In this document: piece after piece, positions 62,901 through 64,000 of the stretch
Layout: the number at the start of each line of letters is the position of its first letter
Position numbering within the stretch: the stretch's first letter is position 1
Assembly (NCBI GenBank): GCA_973895155.1
Contig: OZ316898.1
Location: forward strand, 17,536,752 to 17,600,751
DNA length: 64,000 nt
Direction of reading: 5' to 3'
DNA from: Marsupella aquatica
Taxonomy: Eukaryota > Plantae > Marchantiophyta
Translations under genes and position numbers: made by a program
The notes under the pieces: model-generated
The model's input: only the letters and a program-made list of their open reading frames with translations
Databases searched by the model: none
Told to the model about the DNA's origin: nothing

Positions 62901-64000
62901 CGGATTTATCTTATCTGGAGGGCTAATAAATTGCTCCGTGGACGCACTACCTCTTATGGTAGGCTTTCCTTGTTTCTATTACAGACAGACTGGTCATGTC
63001 AGGTTTATGCGGTCAATTTTGGGGAGAATCACTAAATTACAAGTACTTTTAAAGCTTGGTTGAGTATTATTTGAAATTTGGGACAGATGGGAAGGGACTC
63101 TTCCAGCCCAAATGACAAGCAGGATTAATCTTTATGGCAAAAAGTTTTAGGGCTAACCTTAAGTACTAAGTTAAATCCATCAAATTTTGCCCTTTGAGAC
63201 CCCGAACTAGTGCACGAGGTGAGTTGGGGTTAACAGCTTCTAATCCATACCTTACTGCCAGTTATTAGGTGTCTATAGATAGGCTTATTGACTAACATAG
63301 TGGATAATGGGCAATGTCAAATGTGCAAGCAAACAAGAAAAATCTTATTGTTAGGAGGAAAAACATTTCCTTGTATGAGGAAAACATCTCATTTTGCTAG
63401 AGAATTTAGTCACTAGCTAGCCAAAACCTGGTTAGTAAAATCAAATGCTGGGACTCCTCTTTTGGCTAGCTACGTTGCTAACCATACGTGGTCTTAGAAA
63501 TGCACTTGACATACAAAATTTGGCAAAAATTAAAAGACATTAAGAACCACTAATAACTCGCTAACAATACTCTATTTGCTTCCACAAATTCGTGCCTCCT
63601 CACATCGTGCAATACCTCAATGTTGGGTCTGTCAATCATGATGAGCTGTGACTCGCTTGGAATTCACACAAATAGAGGGAGGACGCTAAGAGAGAGAGAG
63701 AGAGGGAGCAAGGGAATCCACCCATTATAATAATATTTTGTTTGAGGAAACAAGAACGCCAAATACAACCAACAGCACGTCCTTAACATTAACGCGAATA
63801 ACATTAGATTAGCTGTCAGTGAGAATATAGAATGGCTGGCATGGGGAATATTTTCCACTGTTGTTGTTGGTCTTTTTGTTTATCAATACTCTTTACATTA
63901 CAATAATACTACTTTCTGCTTTTCCTCATGGCCCATACAGTCGGCTCTGTCTAAGTGCATACTCCATAAGCACAATAACTGGTTAAGTGCAGGGCATCCT

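Overview
This is an intron-containing eukaryotic nuclear window from a land plant; the gene content and style suggest a bryophyte such as a liverwort (inference). By hand-splicing GT-AG introns I reconstruct six intact genes: a CYP71-clan P450 (-), plastid ribosomal protein L9 (+), an MSP1/ATAD1 AAA ATPase (-), the OST subunit KCP2/KRTCAP2 (+), a ~1777-aa full-size ABCG/PDR-type transporter (-) and a nitronate monooxygenase-family flavoprotein (-). There is also a frameshifted inverted duplicate of the P450 and a cactin pseudogene fragment. Transposon debris includes a non-autonomous Helitron, an LTR plus primer-binding site, a Harbinger Myb/SANT remnant, MITE-like and SINE-like pieces, and a transposase-like ORF running off the left edge. 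The standout is the ABCG. It carries a PDZ-like domain inserted between NBD1 and TMD1, and both composite ATP sites look degenerate, so it may be a non-hydrolysing, scaffold- or sensor-like transporter. All gene models and domain calls were made by eye, without database searches.
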